Virus record (IMG/VR): IMGVR_UViG_3300032334_001259
Coordinates: 274,436-338,435 of that record
Strand: one strand, 5' to 3'
Length of the DNA stretch: 64,000 bases
The position numbers were made by a program, and so were the translations under genes. Shown here piece after piece: positions 18,528 to 28,005 of this stretch. Positions within the stretch are counted from its first letter, which is position 1; each line of letters opens with the position of its first letter. Below the pieces are notes generated by a model, which saw only the letters and a list, made by a program, of their open reading frames with translations, made no database searches and was not told the origin of the DNA.

Positions 18528-18986
18528 TTAACTTTTTTTGACCGTTTTGTCAACTATATTTTTATTTTCTATGAACATTCTATATAATCCAAGTTCACGA
18601 CCAAATGCTTCAATTTCCCAAGGCATGTCCCAATAATTCATATTTGCTTCTTTATAAACTTGCCCCTTATACCGACTTACTTTTTTTCTTTCGTTATATG
18701 ACAATTCACGCTTAACATATTGCTTAACATGAACCATTTCATGTGCAAGAGCAATCAAAATTTTACGTTTGCTAAATGAGGAGTCAACAGTAATAGTATA
18801 TTTTCCACCACCCTCGTTGACACAATATGCTTCGTCACCATGTTTTTTCTGTAGATTGCGTTCAAAGTCAAGCCATAGGTCAACTTTATTTTTTGTTATA
18901 TTAAGATAATCGGCGTAGAACGCCACTGCCCTCTTAATAATATCACGGTTAACATTTTTACATTTACCAGTAATAGTAAGTTGCAT
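18528..18986 (-). CDS. zinc metallopeptidase-like protein (HExxH)
   Basis: LAHEMVHVKQY...PWEIEAFGRE. Confidence 0.75.
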   Translation of the reverse strand: MQLTITGKCKNVNRDIIKRAVAFYADYLNITKNKVDLWLDFERNLQKKHGDEAYCVNEGGGKYTITVDSSFSKRKILIALAHEMVHVKQYVKRELSYNERKKVSRYKGQVYKEANMNYWDMPWEIEAFGRELGLYRMFIENKNIVDKTVKKS

Positions 18987-19035
18987 AGTGAACTCCCCAG
19001 ACACTAACAAAATATAAACATAAATTTGGGCTTTG

Positions 19036-19497
19036 TCAAGCCCAAATTATCTCATCCCAACCTTCTTTCAAATCAGGAACTTCCAAGTTGTCAATCATAG
19101 ACTTCATAACATCCTTTGGAATGCTCTTGCCTACACGACTATCAAGACGGCGTTGCAATTCCTCTGGTTCAGGAGTTGCAAAGAATACACAAATCTTACG
19201 CCATTCTTTTGGAATACGACCAAGTTTAACCTTACGACCTTTGGCAGTCGTGTTGGTTTGATCCCATATAAGGGTCTTGTCCAAGTTGATAGCACTTTGC
19301 ACTTGACCATCCACAAACTTTTGTGCATAGCCAATAGCACGGCTGAAAATCTCGTTATAGGTCTTGTTGCTTTGTGCTGCAACACGGTCAATATAATCAT
19401 CGCTTGATGCAATAATTACATCATCAAAGTCTTGGTTCTTTATCCATGTTGACTTACCAGAACCTGGTACACCAACTAACATATAAAGCGTGGTCAT
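19036..19497 (-). CDS. polynucleotide kinase-like P-loop protein (PseT kinase half)
   Basis: GVPGSGKST, SSDD, WDQTN...R, RRLDSR..K.IP. Confidence 0.8.
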   Translation of the reverse strand: MTTLYMLVGVPGSGKSTWIKNQDFDDVIIASSDDYIDRVAAQSNKTYNEIFSRAIGYAQKFVDGQVQSAINLDKTLIWDQTNTTAKGRKVKLGRIPKEWRKICVFFATPEPEELQRRLDSRVGKSIPKDVMKSMIDNLEVPDLKEGWDEIIWA

Positions 19498-19736
19498 TTT
19501 AACACCTTGATTTCACCAATAAATTCTACTTCACTTTCAGTTTCAATCCAAACCTTTGCACCACAACTTAATGGTTTATCTGGACTGTAAACAACCTTGC
19601 TTGGTCCATGAATAGCAACCTCGTGAGCGTAAGTATTCTTACGACCTTGTTTGACCGTAAGAGTAGGCTCACGCTCACCAGTTTTACTATTGCGTTTAAT
19701 CACATGTTGATTTACATGTATAATAGATTTAGTCAT
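19494..19736 (-). CDS. conserved hypothetical phage protein
   Basis: IHVNQHVIKRN...YSPDKPLSCGAKVWIET. Confidence 0.7.
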   Translation of the reverse strand: MTKSIIHVNQHVIKRNSKTGEREPTLTVKQGRKNTYAHEVAIHGPSKVVYSPDKPLSCGAKVWIETESEVEFIGEIKVLK

Positions 19737-19888
19737 ATTGTATTCCACTTATCTATAATTGCTGTTACAATCAAATAGATAAAAGAAGTAATTCCAAGAA
19801 TAAAGAACGCTTCAACCGTATTATATTTTAATGCAGTAAGAATACCATCTGCAATAAAAACTGCCAACACACTTGTCCAAAAGTTCAT
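19733..19888 (-). CDS. small membrane protein
   Basis: Two hydrophobic segments; 4-nt overlaps with neighbours. Confidence 0.55.
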   Translation of the reverse strand: MNFWTSVLAVFIADGILTALKYNTVEAFFILGITSFIYLIVTAIIDKWNTI

Positions 19889-20355
19889 ATGAAATTTCCT
19901 TCTGCTACTTGTAACACACGAACACCACACGCACGGATTGCATCAACAACCTGCTGACGATCATCAAACCATAGATAAGGCTCGCCATAATCCTTGCGGA
20001 TTTGTTCAAGCAATTCTACCTTGACGATGCTATCCTTGCGATAGTCTTTCTCTGCTCGCATATACAGTTTGTCCCAATAGAAATCGTTATCACGCAACCA
20101 CTTTTCAGTAACTTCACGATTTTCTTCACCACGTCCACTACAAAATAAACGAATAATTTTATCTTCATACTTAGGGTGGTTCACATTCAAAAATGTCAGT
20201 GCATCCCAGATAAACTTAATATCAGCATGGACTGTATCGTTAGCCATGCCAGCGTTCCAAGCTGCCCAATTTTTAGGCTTACTTGCAACATACTGACGAC
20301 GATGGTCAACGTTAGCCATAGTGCCATCAATGTCAAAAACGATAACTTTGTTCAT
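19885..20355 (-). CDS. HAD polynucleotide 3'-phosphatase (PseT phosphatase half)
   Basis: FDIDGT, SGR, LYMR..D.RKDSIVK, FDDRQQVV, LQVAEGNF. Confidence 0.85.
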   Translation of the reverse strand: MNKVIVFDIDGTMANVDHRRQYVASKPKNWAAWNAGMANDTVHADIKFIWDALTFLNVNHPKYEDKIIRLFCSGRGEENREVTEKWLRDNDFYWDKLYMRAEKDYRKDSIVKVELLEQIRKDYGEPYLWFDDRQQVVDAIRACGVRVLQVAEGNFI

Positions 20356-20465
20356 AATTGCCTCCATCTAACCCAATATAACACAAAAATAGTGATTGTC
20401 AAGGGTTATTTTTCACTTGACAAAGCCTAAAAATGTGTTATTTTACAGGTATATAGGAGAACCAT

Positions 20466-20681
20466 ATGAATCAACGTGCTGGTAAAACCCATAAAGCTGC
20501 CCTTGTGGACAGTGATAAAATCCGTTATACTGACCTCGTAGAGTTTTGTAAACGTGCAAGGACTGATCTTGAAAGCGAAGGTGACGGTGATGCCGCCCTA
20601 CGTTTTGAAATCCTTGAAGACTGGCTACGTAATGAGTTTCGTGGTAATTTCAAGTATAATTCAAAAATGATTGGGTTATGA
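20466..20681 (+). CDS. hypothetical protein
   Basis: AGGAGA SD and upstream TTGACA promoter. Confidence 0.7.
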   Translation: MNQRAGKTHKAALVDSDKIRYTDLVEFCKRARTDLESEGDGDAALRFEILEDWLRNEFRGNFKYNSKMIGL

Positions 20682-21355
20682 TGAAAAATATATTAGTTTG
20701 TGGTGATAGTTTTTGCGCAAATTATGATAAAAAATATTCTTGGACTAACATTTTAGCTGAATTGCTAAATGTTAATGTAAAATCAGTAGGAATACGTGGA
20801 TGTAGCAATTATTTAATTTATAATCAATTTTTAAAATTTAATTCTGATGAATATGATTATGTGATCGTAATAAAGACTGCAGAAAGCAGAATTCCAATAG
20901 TAAACAAACATCCTCATATGTGCGCCACTCTTGATTGGAAAAAAATAAATTTTGATAGAATCAAATTTAAAAATTATGAAAAAGCCTTAGAATATTATTA
21001 CTATTACTATTATGATTTAGATTTTGTAAAATGGACAAGCTATAATGCGTTTAGAAGTATTGAAAATTTACAATTAAAAAATCAAAAAATTATTTGGATT
21101 AATGCCTTTGAAAGTTCGTATGTTCATGAAAAAAAAGCAAATAATATAATTGTAAATGGTTACTTATCTTATGTAAGCACAATGTCTATTGATAATAAAC
21201 ATATCACAAATTATCATGGTGATCACGACATAAATGGAAGTGCAAATCATCTCTCACCAATAGACAATCATAATTTGGCAATTTTTTTAAAAGAACTTAT
21301 AAATGATAATAATGGGAATAATGATTTAAATAAACATAATTGGTCTTGGATGTAA
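20678..21355 (+). CDS. SGNH/GDSL-like protein
   Basis: CGDSF, GCSN, ANHLS. Confidence 0.65.
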   Translation: MMKNILVCGDSFCANYDKKYSWTNILAELLNVNVKSVGIRGCSNYLIYNQFLKFNSDEYDYVIVIKTAESRIPIVNKHPHMCATLDWKKINFDRIKFKNYEKALEYYYYYYYDLDFVKWTSYNAFRSIENLQLKNQKIIWINAFESSYVHEKKANNIIVNGYLSYVSTMSIDNKHITNYHGDHDINGSANHLSPIDNHNLAIFLKELINDNNGNNDLNKHNWSWM

Positions 21356-21409
21356 AAATAAAAAAATTAAAACTTTTATTTACAGTTACAATATTATATA
21401 ATTACCTTT

Positions 21410-22624
21410 ATGAATAATTGCAAACCACTTCGTAAATGTCTTTGCTGTGATAGTAATGACCTCAAACTTACATTAGATTTAGGTTCTCAACCTCTTGCCA
21501 ATAGTTTCAAGGCAACAGCAATAGAACGTGAAGAAACATATCCACTTGCTGTAAATTACTGTCCACATTGCCATCATCTGCAATTAACCCATGCAGTTGA
21601 TGCTAATATAATTTTTAAAGATTATGTATATGTAAGTGGAACATCACTTACTATGCAAGAATATTTTAAGTGGTTTGCTGCATTTGTTATGGAATATTTT
21701 CAAGATGTTCCGCCAAAGCGTGTGCTTGAAATTGGCTGTAATGATGGCACACAGTTAAACTATTTTAAGAAATATGGATTAGAAACGTGGGGCATTGATC
21801 CTGCGGAAAACATTTATCCAATCAGCAGCAAAAATCATAACATTATTTGTGACTTTTTATCTCAACATGCTTTGGATAAACTCAAGCGTCCAGTAGATAT
21901 TATATACGCACAAAATGTTTTTGCGCATCAAGACAATCCACAACAATTCCTTGAACTTTGCAAATCTGTGATGAACCCTAACACACTGTTGTTCATACAG
22001 AATAGTCAAAGTGATATGATTCAAAATAATGAATTTGATACAATCTATCATGAACATAGAAATTTCTTTAGCATTAGTAGCCTTAATACCCTTGCTAACC
22101 ATGTTGGACTACACCTTATTGATGTAGTAAAGGGTACAATTCACGGTGGTAGTAATATCTTTGTGTTCAGCATAGATGATGAATGTCCTGCACGTGTCAA
22201 GGGTTATATGGATTGGGAACGTATCCAAGGATTATATAATTACAAAACCTATCAGAATTGGGCAGATGGTGCTAAACGTACAGTTAATGATTTAAGCATT
22301 GTGTTAGATGCACAGCGCAAAGCACACAATCGTGTGATTGTAGGTTATGGTGCGCCAGCCAAAGGTAATACGCTATTGAACTTTGGTAATATATCACTTG
22401 ATTTTATTATAGATGATAATCCATTAAAGCAACACAAATATACACCTGGTATGAGTATTCCTGTTGTTCCTATTGAACACTTACAGAAGTATGTTGGTGT
22501 AGACATTTGTTTTGTGCCGCTTGCATGGAACTTTTTTGATGAAATTGTAGATCGTCTTAAAAAGGTTCGTAATAATAGTGGTGATGTATTTGTAAGATAC
22601 TTTCCAAGTATCCAGATACAATAA
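21410..22624 (+). CDS. NDP-sugar C-methyltransferase (TcaB9/NovU-like)
   Basis: CxxC...LDLGSQPLAN...CxxC, EIGCNDG, FDTIYHEH, HGGS, GYGAPAKGNTLL, LAWNF. Confidence 0.9.
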   Translation: MNNCKPLRKCLCCDSNDLKLTLDLGSQPLANSFKATAIEREETYPLAVNYCPHCHHLQLTHAVDANIIFKDYVYVSGTSLTMQEYFKWFAAFVMEYFQDVPPKRVLEIGCNDGTQLNYFKKYGLETWGIDPAENIYPISSKNHNIICDFLSQHALDKLKRPVDIIYAQNVFAHQDNPQQFLELCKSVMNPNTLLFIQNSQSDMIQNNEFDTIYHEHRNFFSISSLNTLANHVGLHLIDVVKGTIHGGSNIFVFSIDDECPARVKGYMDWERIQGLYNYKTYQNWADGAKRTVNDLSIVLDAQRKAHNRVIVGYGAPAKGNTLLNFGNISLDFIIDDNPLKQHKYTPGMSIPVVPIEHLQKYVGVDICFVPLAWNFFDEIVDRLKKVRNNSGDVFVRYFPSIQIQ

Positions 22625-22632
22625 ATATCTAC

Positions 22633-23529
22633 ATGCGAATTAGTGAAATTATTGTTGAAGCACCAACTGATGTAAGTCGTCGTGGATTTCTTAAAGGATT
22701 AGCAAGCATTGCTGCATCTACTGCAATGCCACAAAATGCTGTTGCAAAAATATTAAAGGCAGTTCCTAAATCACAAATTGAAATATTAGACGATCTTTTT
22801 AAAAATGTACATCCAATTGTACTAGACACCGTAGGCAGTGAATATGGCAGGGTGGGAGTACACGGAGAACACGCTATAAGTGCTTTTACTAACTCAGAAT
22901 ATGATGCTTTACATAGATTGGTAAGACCTCTTTATAAAGAACAAGGTTTTGCAACTGAACGTGATGCAGTAAATGCATTAAAAAAAATAGCAACTATGAG
23001 CAGCAAAACTACTAATGAATATTACAAGGTATTTGAATACCTACTTGGAAGACCACTTGAAGTAAGAAAATTAGAAAACATACTGGCATCACATGGCACC
23101 AATGTAGACAGTTTTTTTGGTCAAATGATGAAGAATGAACCATTTGAAGAAGCGTTTATGCAATTATCAAATGAGGCTTATATGAATATTGGTGGCACAC
23201 GTTATTTTGAACCTATCGCAAATTTAAAACCGCTACCACCAAATTGGGCAACGGCACTTGGACAGTCAGTAAAACGATTTGCAAATAATGCAGGACAAGT
23301 AGCAAGATTTACAGGTAAAAACTATCTTGATAAAAAACTTCCTGATTTATCCCCTCAACAACTTGACCAGAGAAACGCAACTCAAGACAGGGTAGATAAA
23401 GAAAAAAAAGAACCACAAAAACCAAAAGAACTTGAAAAACCAAAAGATGATGAAAAGAAAATTACATCATATGGCGGTAGTGCAACTGGTAAGTTTGTAA
23501 AACCAATTGCTGCAAAAGTTAACGCTTAA
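22633..23529 (+). CDS. hypothetical late protein with Tat-like motif
   Basis: MRISEIIVEA then SRRGFLKGLASIAA; TAAATA box. Confidence 0.7.
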   Translation: MRISEIIVEAPTDVSRRGFLKGLASIAASTAMPQNAVAKILKAVPKSQIEILDDLFKNVHPIVLDTVGSEYGRVGVHGEHAISAFTNSEYDALHRLVRPLYKEQGFATERDAVNALKKIATMSSKTTNEYYKVFEYLLGRPLEVRKLENILASHGTNVDSFFGQMMKNEPFEEAFMQLSNEAYMNIGGTRYFEPIANLKPLPPNWATALGQSVKRFANNAGQVARFTGKNYLDKKLPDLSPQQLDQRNATQDRVDKEKKEPQKPKELEKPKDDEKKITSYGGSATGKFVKPIAAKVNA

Positions 23530-23550
23530 TAATATTCCATAAATATCTGT

Positions 23551-24264
23551 ATGCGTTTTACACAATTCAAACCAATAATTCTCGAAGGTGGAAATATGTT
23601 TAAGGGAACAACATCCTATGATCAGGCTGTTGTTCCACAAGTATTAAAGATAATTAATGATGCGCTAAGTGGTGCAAGACTTAAAGTTACGCCAGTTGGT
23701 AGTGGTGCAAATCCTGTCAAGGGTAAAATCAGTAACGATTTTGATGTTATGACAGATGAAGATGCTGTTAAGGCTTTCTTTAAAACCAATGATGCCAAGG
23801 AAGCACGTAAGAAATTAGCAGAATATCTTAAGAATCTTGGATTTCAAACTGCACAAAGTGGAATAATTGTGCATGTGTTGGTTCCTGTAGCCAATATGGG
23901 TGTGCAAGCTGATATTATGGTAACACCACAAGCAGATGCAATTGCCAAGTTTCATACTCATAATATTCCACAAAATAGCCCATTCAAAGGTAAGAACAAA
24001 GTTCTGACCATGGGAGCAATCGCTAAGGCCAAAGGTTATATGTTTAGCCCATGGCAAGGGTTGTTTAAACGCACACCAGATGGTAAAAAAGGTGAACTTG
24101 TAAGTAATGATATTGAAACAGTTGCTAAAGTATTACTTGGCAATTCCGCAACTGCCGCTGACTTGGGTAGTGTAGAAAGCATTCTTAAAAAACTTCCACG
24201 TGCAGATGCAGATAAACTTCTCGCAACTCTACGTGCTGATCCAAATTGGGAAGAACTTAAATGA
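23551..24264 (+). CDS. hypothetical late protein, possible Pol-beta-type nucleotidyltransferase fold
   Basis: VGSG...SNDFDVM and QADIM (GS, DxD, third D). Confidence 0.5.
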   Translation: MRFTQFKPIILEGGNMFKGTTSYDQAVVPQVLKIINDALSGARLKVTPVGSGANPVKGKISNDFDVMTDEDAVKAFFKTNDAKEARKKLAEYLKNLGFQTAQSGIIVHVLVPVANMGVQADIMVTPQADAIAKFHTHNIPQNSPFKGKNKVLTMGAIAKAKGYMFSPWQGLFKRTPDGKKGELVSNDIETVAKVLLGNSATAADLGSVESILKKLPRADADKLLATLRADPNWEELK

Positions 24265-25613
24265 GAGCCTCGCAGTTTATTTCAGAGTCTAGAGGCATGT
24301 TTGGTCGTAAAAAGGGCGATCTGTATATAAATGACAATGGTCAAACAGCAACGTTTAATCATGCTGAAATGTTTCCAAATACTAAAACAAATGATGCTTA
24401 TAAAGATCATCCTACTGCTTTAATAGAAATAAATCGTATTGAAGCAAGAGAAGGTTCAAAAATTAGTTGGGTTAATGCTGAAAAACAAAATACCAATGCT
24501 TTTGCTATAGTTTATATGGATAGTGATGATGGCAGTAAAATGCTATGGGGTAGATGGTATAACGTTGTGCCAGCAAATGTAGATTCTACTTGGAAAAATG
24601 ATCAATTACCACAAGGTTGGGTATGGAGTAGTAAAACTGCTACAAAAGCAAAAAGTGGTATGACCCCACAAGATTTGATTAAAACTGAAAAAACATTTAA
24701 TAGTTCCGAAGAACTGCTACAAACTATTTCAAATAATGGTGCAAGTCCTGAAATTATGGAAGGATTGCAGATGGTTAGTGCAGGTTCAAAAGTTGTTGTA
24801 TTTAAAGGATTAGGTGATAAACTAACTAGTGTTCGTGATCATCTTGGTGAAATTATAACACCCCTTGCCCTCATTAGTGAAGTTATCAATGATACAAATG
24901 CAATTAATGCTAAAAAAGATATTTTAAAAACAGAATATAGTAGTTGTGCTATAAGATTTCCACAAAATAAAAATAATAATCTTGTTGATAGTGAATTTAT
25001 TGCTCCAAGTGGTGAAATTTTAGGAATAAGCACTAAAGGTAATAAAGGTGCAGATGCAAGTATTATTAATATATGGAATGCAATGAACAAACAAGAAAAT
25101 GTTTCTCTTGCAAAAAAATACAAGTATGCAGTAGACGTTGTTAGAATTATTGCAGATAACGGTCAAAAATTAGGTCCGCTTGTTCTTGGTGAACAATTAG
25201 GCATCATTGACAAATATTTAAAAGATGAAATATTACATCATATTGATAATAAAACAAATAAACCAGAAGAAATGAGTGAAAATGCTCAAAGATTGTTTAT
25301 TGCTTATAAAAGTGAAAGCGATACACCTGGTTTCAATATTGGATATGTATTATTAGCAAATTGCGCAAAAAAAGTTGCAGAAGAAATTAATAAAGATAAA
25401 AGATTTGAAGAAGCGTGTCGTGCTTTCTTAAATCAAGCAAGTATCATACAAGTTTATACTGATGCTAAAGCATCTGGCAATGATGTTCAAATTACAGGAT
25501 TTAGAAGTGTATATCCACCAAAATTTGAAGGTTCAATTAAACTTGAGGCCGGTAAAACTTATATGAGTACCGGCATCAAGGGTAAATTTGTTTTTAAAAT
25601 TGGTAAAGGTTAA
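24261..25613 (+). CDS. hypothetical late protein, possible PD-(D/E)XK nuclease fold
   Basis: LVDS...ISTKG; MRASQFISE N-terminus. Confidence 0.45.
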   Translation: MRASQFISESRGMFGRKKGDLYINDNGQTATFNHAEMFPNTKTNDAYKDHPTALIEINRIEAREGSKISWVNAEKQNTNAFAIVYMDSDDGSKMLWGRWYNVVPANVDSTWKNDQLPQGWVWSSKTATKAKSGMTPQDLIKTEKTFNSSEELLQTISNNGASPEIMEGLQMVSAGSKVVVFKGLGDKLTSVRDHLGEIITPLALISEVINDTNAINAKKDILKTEYSSCAIRFPQNKNNNLVDSEFIAPSGEILGISTKGNKGADASIINIWNAMNKQENVSLAKKYKYAVDVVRIIADNGQKLGPLVLGEQLGIIDKYLKDEILHHIDNKTNKPEEMSENAQRLFIAYKSESDTPGFNIGYVLLANCAKKVAEEINKDKRFEEACRAFLNQASIIQVYTDAKASGNDVQITGFRSVYPPKFEGSIKLEAGKTYMSTGIKGKFVFKIGKG

Positions 25614-25972
25614 GCATCACGACTGATGTAATGCATACGAACCTTTTGTGGTTTAAAGTATTTGTCAACAGTTTCAATTACTGTTTCATTAACAAATGGC
25701 TTGCATGAAAATACATCAATATAGAAGTTACCATCATTATCACAGAAATGTCCAGTGATGTTTGATGTCTCAATCATCTGGCAAAATGAAATACCAGCTT
25801 TATCTGCTGAATGAGTAGCAAAACGTTCAATCCATGGTTCACCAAATGCAACCATATCAATTGCTATAACCAATTCCTTGATGAAATTGTAGATGTTTTC
25901 TTTTGAACCAATAAGTTCTTTGTCACCCGCAGTGCAGTCAAGCAACAAATGATAACCCCATGTCTTGTTCAT
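25610..25972 (-). CDS. speD: pyruvoyl-dependent S-adenosylmethionine decarboxylase homologue
   Basis: WGYHLLLD, QMIETSNITGH cleavage region, YIDVFSCK. Confidence 0.85.
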   Translation of the reverse strand: MNKTWGYHLLLDCTAGDKELIGSKENIYNFIKELVIAIDMVAFGEPWIERFATHSADKAGISFCQMIETSNITGHFCDNDGNFYIDVFSCKPFVNETVIETVDKYFKPQKVRMHYISRDA

Positions 25973-26002
25973 TCTTTTCTCCTATAAAGACAATTTAAGA
26001 AA

Positions 26003-26551
26003 TTATTTATTAGGATATCTTCCTAATTTTTCAAAACATTCAGTCAATCTTTGGATTTGATTAAGACAATCCCAAAGCGCATGATGTTTACTATTACCAG
26101 GTATAAAATGTTCTGGAACCATCTTATAAATGGTTCTTGCATCTAAAACTTGCCAGAACTTCCATGGACTTTGTAATCCAAGTTCACGATTACAATCTTC
26201 TAAAATTACATAATCAAAGCCAGCACCATTTGCCCAATAACGGTCTGTTCCACTTGCCCAACTATTCAATGCAATCATTGCATCACGAAGTGGCAATCTA
26301 TCATCAGGATGAAATGCTTCATCACGGGTTTCTTTTGCTTGTTCAGCCCACCATTGAACTGTATCATCGTTTATTTCACGATTTTGATTATCTACTTCAA
26401 CACGACAATAAAAATAGTCTAAATCTCTTGGGTCAGCAATAGTTCTGTAATCAGCATAGCGGTCAAAAGTTACGCCAGCAATGGTTAACACCGTGGCTTT
26501 TGGAGTATTACCAAGTGTTTCAATATCAATCATAATGTCACGATGTTTCAT
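26003..26551 (-). CDS. DEDDh 3'-5' exonuclease (Rv2179c/DexA-like)
   Basis: DIETLG, WANGAGFD, DARTI, HHALWDC. Confidence 0.85.
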   Translation of the reverse strand: MKHRDIMIDIETLGNTPKATVLTIAGVTFDRYADYRTIADPRDLDYFYCRVEVDNQNREINDDTVQWWAEQAKETRDEAFHPDDRLPLRDAMIALNSWASGTDRYWANGAGFDYVILEDCNRELGLQSPWKFWQVLDARTIYKMVPEHFIPGNSKHHALWDCLNQIQRLTECFEKLGRYPNK

Positions 26552-26637
26552 AGTCCAAATATACCATAGTTCAGGTATTTGTCAAGCTATTTTTTACATA
26601 TTTTTGGTAAATATATACAGGTATTCTTGGAGCCAAC

Positions 26638-26778
26638 ATGACCACGCAAGAGTGGCAACTTATTAGAAAGTATATGCCAAATTATTTTAGTTGTGTTTAT
26701 ACTTGGTCAGGAGTAGTTCTTGGCTCACTTGTTGGTGTGATATTATTAGAATCAATTATAAGAATGATAGGTCAATGA
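26638..26778 (+). CDS. 46-aa membrane peptide (absent from ORF track)
   Basis: GGAG SD; MTTQEWQLIRKYMPNYFSCVYTWSGVVLGSLVGVILLESIIRMIGQ. Confidence 0.55.
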   Translation: MTTQEWQLIRKYMPNYFSCVYTWSGVVLGSLVGVILLESIIRMIGQ

Positions 26779-26779
26779 A

Positions 26780-27058
26780 ATGGATTTTTTCAAATTAGTT
26801 GGTGAAGTTGGATTTCCTATTGCAGCCGCCTGTGCAGGCGGTTATTTTGTTTTTTTAACCTTAAAATTTATATTAGCTGGTGTTACTGGCAGTGTTAATG
26901 GTATCAAGGGTATCATTATGGCACTTGATAATCGTGTAAAAACAATGAACCACGATGTTATAAGAATTGATACACTTATGAGTAATGCTCTTGGTGTTCG
27001 TCCCGATCTTGACCGTATTGCACGTGCAGACGGTAAAAATGATGCAAGGAGAGATTAA
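26780..27058 (+). CDS. small membrane protein (paralogue of 28992..29363)
   Basis: VGFPIAAA TM segment; RVKTMNHDVIRI. Confidence 0.7.
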   Translation: MDFFKLVGEVGFPIAAACAGGYFVFLTLKFILAGVTGSVNGIKGIIMALDNRVKTMNHDVIRIDTLMSNALGVRPDLDRIARADGKNDARRD

Positions 27059-27537
27059 TGAAAAAGACAACTATATTACTTCTAACACTATTTTCTACTT
27101 CTGCATTTGCAGGTAATAATATAATGAATTTATCACCACATAATGTTTATAATTTAACACCATCAGGAGCAAATAATATAGCATTTGAAAGTGTTGCTGT
27201 TTTATCAGACCATAATAAAGTAAAAGAACACAAGCCAAATATTGATAAAGTAGCAAAAGGTAAACTAACTGGTAAAATTATTGGTAAACCAATTAATAAA
27301 TTAGAAGCCATTGATGAGTTTCCTATAGATGAACCAGGTGATGGTGTAATTATTGATGATAATGATGAAGTGGTAGTAATTACTACTGATCCTAGAGAGT
27401 GGAAAGGTATTGAAGAGGGTGGATGGGTACCAGAACTAGAACCAAGATGTGCTTGTATTGGTATTGATCATATACCTTTTGATGATCTACAACACGAATT
27501 ACCTGTTGATGACTCAAGTAATAATATAATTTATTAA
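27058..27537 (+). CDS. secreted hypothetical protein
   Basis: Signal peptide ending SAFA. Confidence 0.65.
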   Translation: MKKTTILLLTLFSTSAFAGNNIMNLSPHNVYNLTPSGANNIAFESVAVLSDHNKVKEHKPNIDKVAKGKLTGKIIGKPINKLEAIDEFPIDEPGDGVIIDDNDEVVVITTDPREWKGIEEGGWVPELEPRCACIGIDHIPFDDLQHELPVDDSSNNIIY

Positions 27538-27553
27538 AGTTTCGGAGAAAAAA

Positions 27554-27790
27554 ATGAAGAAGATTATTTTAGTAGCAACAATGTTAGCATTTAGCACAAG
27601 TGCATTTGCTGCAGAAAAACCAAAAGCAAAAGCAAAAGAACCATATAAGCCAAAGACAGAATTTTCAAAGTGTGATCCTGTAAATCATCCAGAACTTTGC
27701 AAGTCAAAAGTTCATAAGAAAGCACCAAAGAAACCTAAAGTTGAAGCGTGTGATCCAAAGAAAACTCCAAAAACTTGTAAAAAGAAATAA
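27554..27790 (+). CDS. secreted Lys/Cys-rich small protein
   Basis: Signal peptide SAFAA; two CDP...C units. Confidence 0.65.
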   Translation: MKKIILVATMLAFSTSAFAAEKPKAKAKEPYKPKTEFSKCDPVNHPELCKSKVHKKAPKKPKVEACDPKKTPKTCKKK

Positions 27791-27828
27791 TTAACTATTT
27801 GTTAAGTATTTGGTGGTAGAATAATGAA

Positions 27829-27996
27829 GTGGAAAATAAACAGTATCCTTACCTGATTCAAGAATACCGTGGTTTCAACGGTAATAGGTATTTTTCTGTT
27901 TATTGTGGTGGTAGATTAGTAGCAAGATTAAGAACAAAACGGGCAGCAGAAGAATATATAATTTTAAACGAAAAGTATAAAAATGAAAATGGATAA
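27829..27996 (+). CDS. 55-aa hypothetical protein (absent from ORF track)
   Basis: GTG start; MENKQYPYLIQEYRGFNGNRYFSVYCGGRLVARLRTKRAAEEYI... fills the gap. Confidence 0.5.
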   Translation: MENKQYPYLIQEYRGFNGNRYFSVYCGGRLVARLRTKRAAEEYIILNEKYKNENG

Positions 27997-28005
27997 GGAT
28001 TTGAT

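Noticed and set aside
20993-21013. Tyr6 run as a phase-variable repeat
   Set aside because: Mixed TAT/TAC codons, in frame; consistent with AT-rich drift
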